This document shows, piece after piece, positions 45,089-45,884 of a DNA stretch of 45,884 nt. The DNA is from Gemmatimonadales bacterium UBA6960. GTDB taxonomy: Bacteria > Gemmatimonadota > Gemmatimonadetes > Longimicrobiales > Gaopeijiaceae. The notes beneath the pieces are model-generated. The model searched no databases and was not told the DNA's origin. It saw only the letters and a program-made list of their open reading frames with translations. Position 1 is the first letter of the stretch, and the number at the start of each line of letters is the position of its first letter. Made by a program: the position numbers and the translations under genes. The stretch is from contig CAUZJY010000001.1 of NCBI GenBank assembly GCA_963580305.1, positions 1 through 45,884 of the forward strand, in the 5' to 3' direction.

Positions 45089-45884
45089 ATGCCCGGCCGC
45101 CTGAGCCGAGGCGTCCCGCGCACGCTGGCGGGCGCGCTCGCCGTCTCCCTCGCGGTGGTCGCGGCGCTCTTGGCCGCTCCTGCAAGCCGCCGGTTGGCGC
45201 TGTCCCTCGGGCTCCTCCTGCAGTGACGCGGTCGTGATCGTGGAGCGGCTCGGGATCATCGTCGACTGGAGCGGGGCCGCCGAGGCGATTTTCAGGTGGG
45301 CGTGCGAGCAGGCGATCGGGATGACCCTGACCGAGACCGTGATTCCCGAGGAGCAGCACGCGGCGCACCTGGCCGGCATCTGCCGCTTCCGCGGGGGTGG
45401 CGCGGGGACGATGGCGAACCGGCGCCTCGAGGTGGTCGATGGCGGGACGGCACGCGCTTTCCTGCCGAGGTGACCCTCGTGCCGCTCCGCACGGGGGACG
45501 AGCTCACCCTGGCCGCGTTCATCCCCGACGTCACCGATCGGCATGAGGCCGAGCACGCACTCAGCACCAGCGAGGAGCGCTTCCGACGTCTGCTGGAGAC
45601 CGCCAACGTCGTTCCCTGGGAGGCCCCGACTCGCGCAGCGTGCGGGTGACGTACGTGGGACCGCGGGCGGAGACGCTGCTGGGCTACCCCCTTGAGCGAC
45701 TGGTACCAGGAAGGCTTCTGGACAACCGCGTGCACGGCGAGGATCGTGAGTACGCGCGCACCCAGCTGGCGGCCGCCGCGGCCGGTGAGCTGCCGGGCGA
45801 GTTCGAGTACCGCATGATGCGCCGCGACGGGCGCGTGGGGTGGGTGCGCGACATTGTTGCCGCGGGCGTGACCCAGGACGGTCA
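45089..45884 (+). pseudogene. TM + tandem-PAS sensor protein, multiply frameshifted, 3' end outside window
   Basis: TM ORF MPGRLSRGVPRTLAGALAVSLAVVAALLAAP.. stops at 45224-45226. PAS1 (SDAVVIVERLGIIVDWSGAAEAIFRW..) is in another frame and breaks again at about 45440-45475. PAS2 (VTYVGPRAETLLGYP..HGEDRE..EYRMMRRDGRVGWVRD) is in a third frame. Confidence 0.65.

Noticed and set aside
1-45884. CRISPR arrays, tRNA/rRNA genes, transposases, integrases, phage genes and known defence systems
   Set aside because: Scanning the sequence and all six-frame ORFs by eye found no repeat-spacer periodicity, no tRNA T-arm consensus, no DDE or tyrosine-recombinase motifs, and no defence-type ATPase or nuclease genes apart from the dead VapC.

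Overview
High-GC (about 70% by eye) bacterial chromosomal window with about 40 genes and no rRNA, tRNA, CRISPR array or recognisable transposase. Housekeeping content: 5'-truncated sugar ABC ATPase, malate synthase plus long isocitrate lyase, MscS-type channel, otsA, Na+/H+ antiporter with RCK domains, cysK, asnB, and a leuS-tkt operon ending in a receiver-domain gene. Two intact, tightly coupled accessory loci stand out. (1) 9.2-20.3 kb: GTP cyclohydrolase II, RibD-C-like reductase, creatininase-family hydrolase, atypical PTPS/QueD-like protein, MDR dehydrogenase, GT4 and two methyltransferases sit with membrane-lipid machinery (CDP-alcohol phosphatidyltransferase, UPF0104 flippase-like protein, alkaline-phosphatase-superfamily transferase, cytochrome b561). 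I read this as a candidate pathway for a GTP-derived, modified, membrane-anchored metabolite; I do not recognise it as a characterised pathway. (2) 21.2-31.2 kb: a six-gene glycan-type operon led by a 1300-aa GH-like/GT2/multi-TM/NHL-propeller fusion, then an ABC exporter, two GT-B proteins, a PIG-L deacetylase and a Trm112-methyltransferase. The sharpest small-scale signal is a 25-codon ORF with 5 clustered Asn codons followed by a perfect 13-bp terminator just upstream of asnB, a candidate asparagine attenuator. A 39-aa Lys-rich protein gene missing from the ORF track has a near-consensus promoter. About ten decayed gene fragments lie between the intact genes. All functional calls come from motif recognition by eye and no searches were run.
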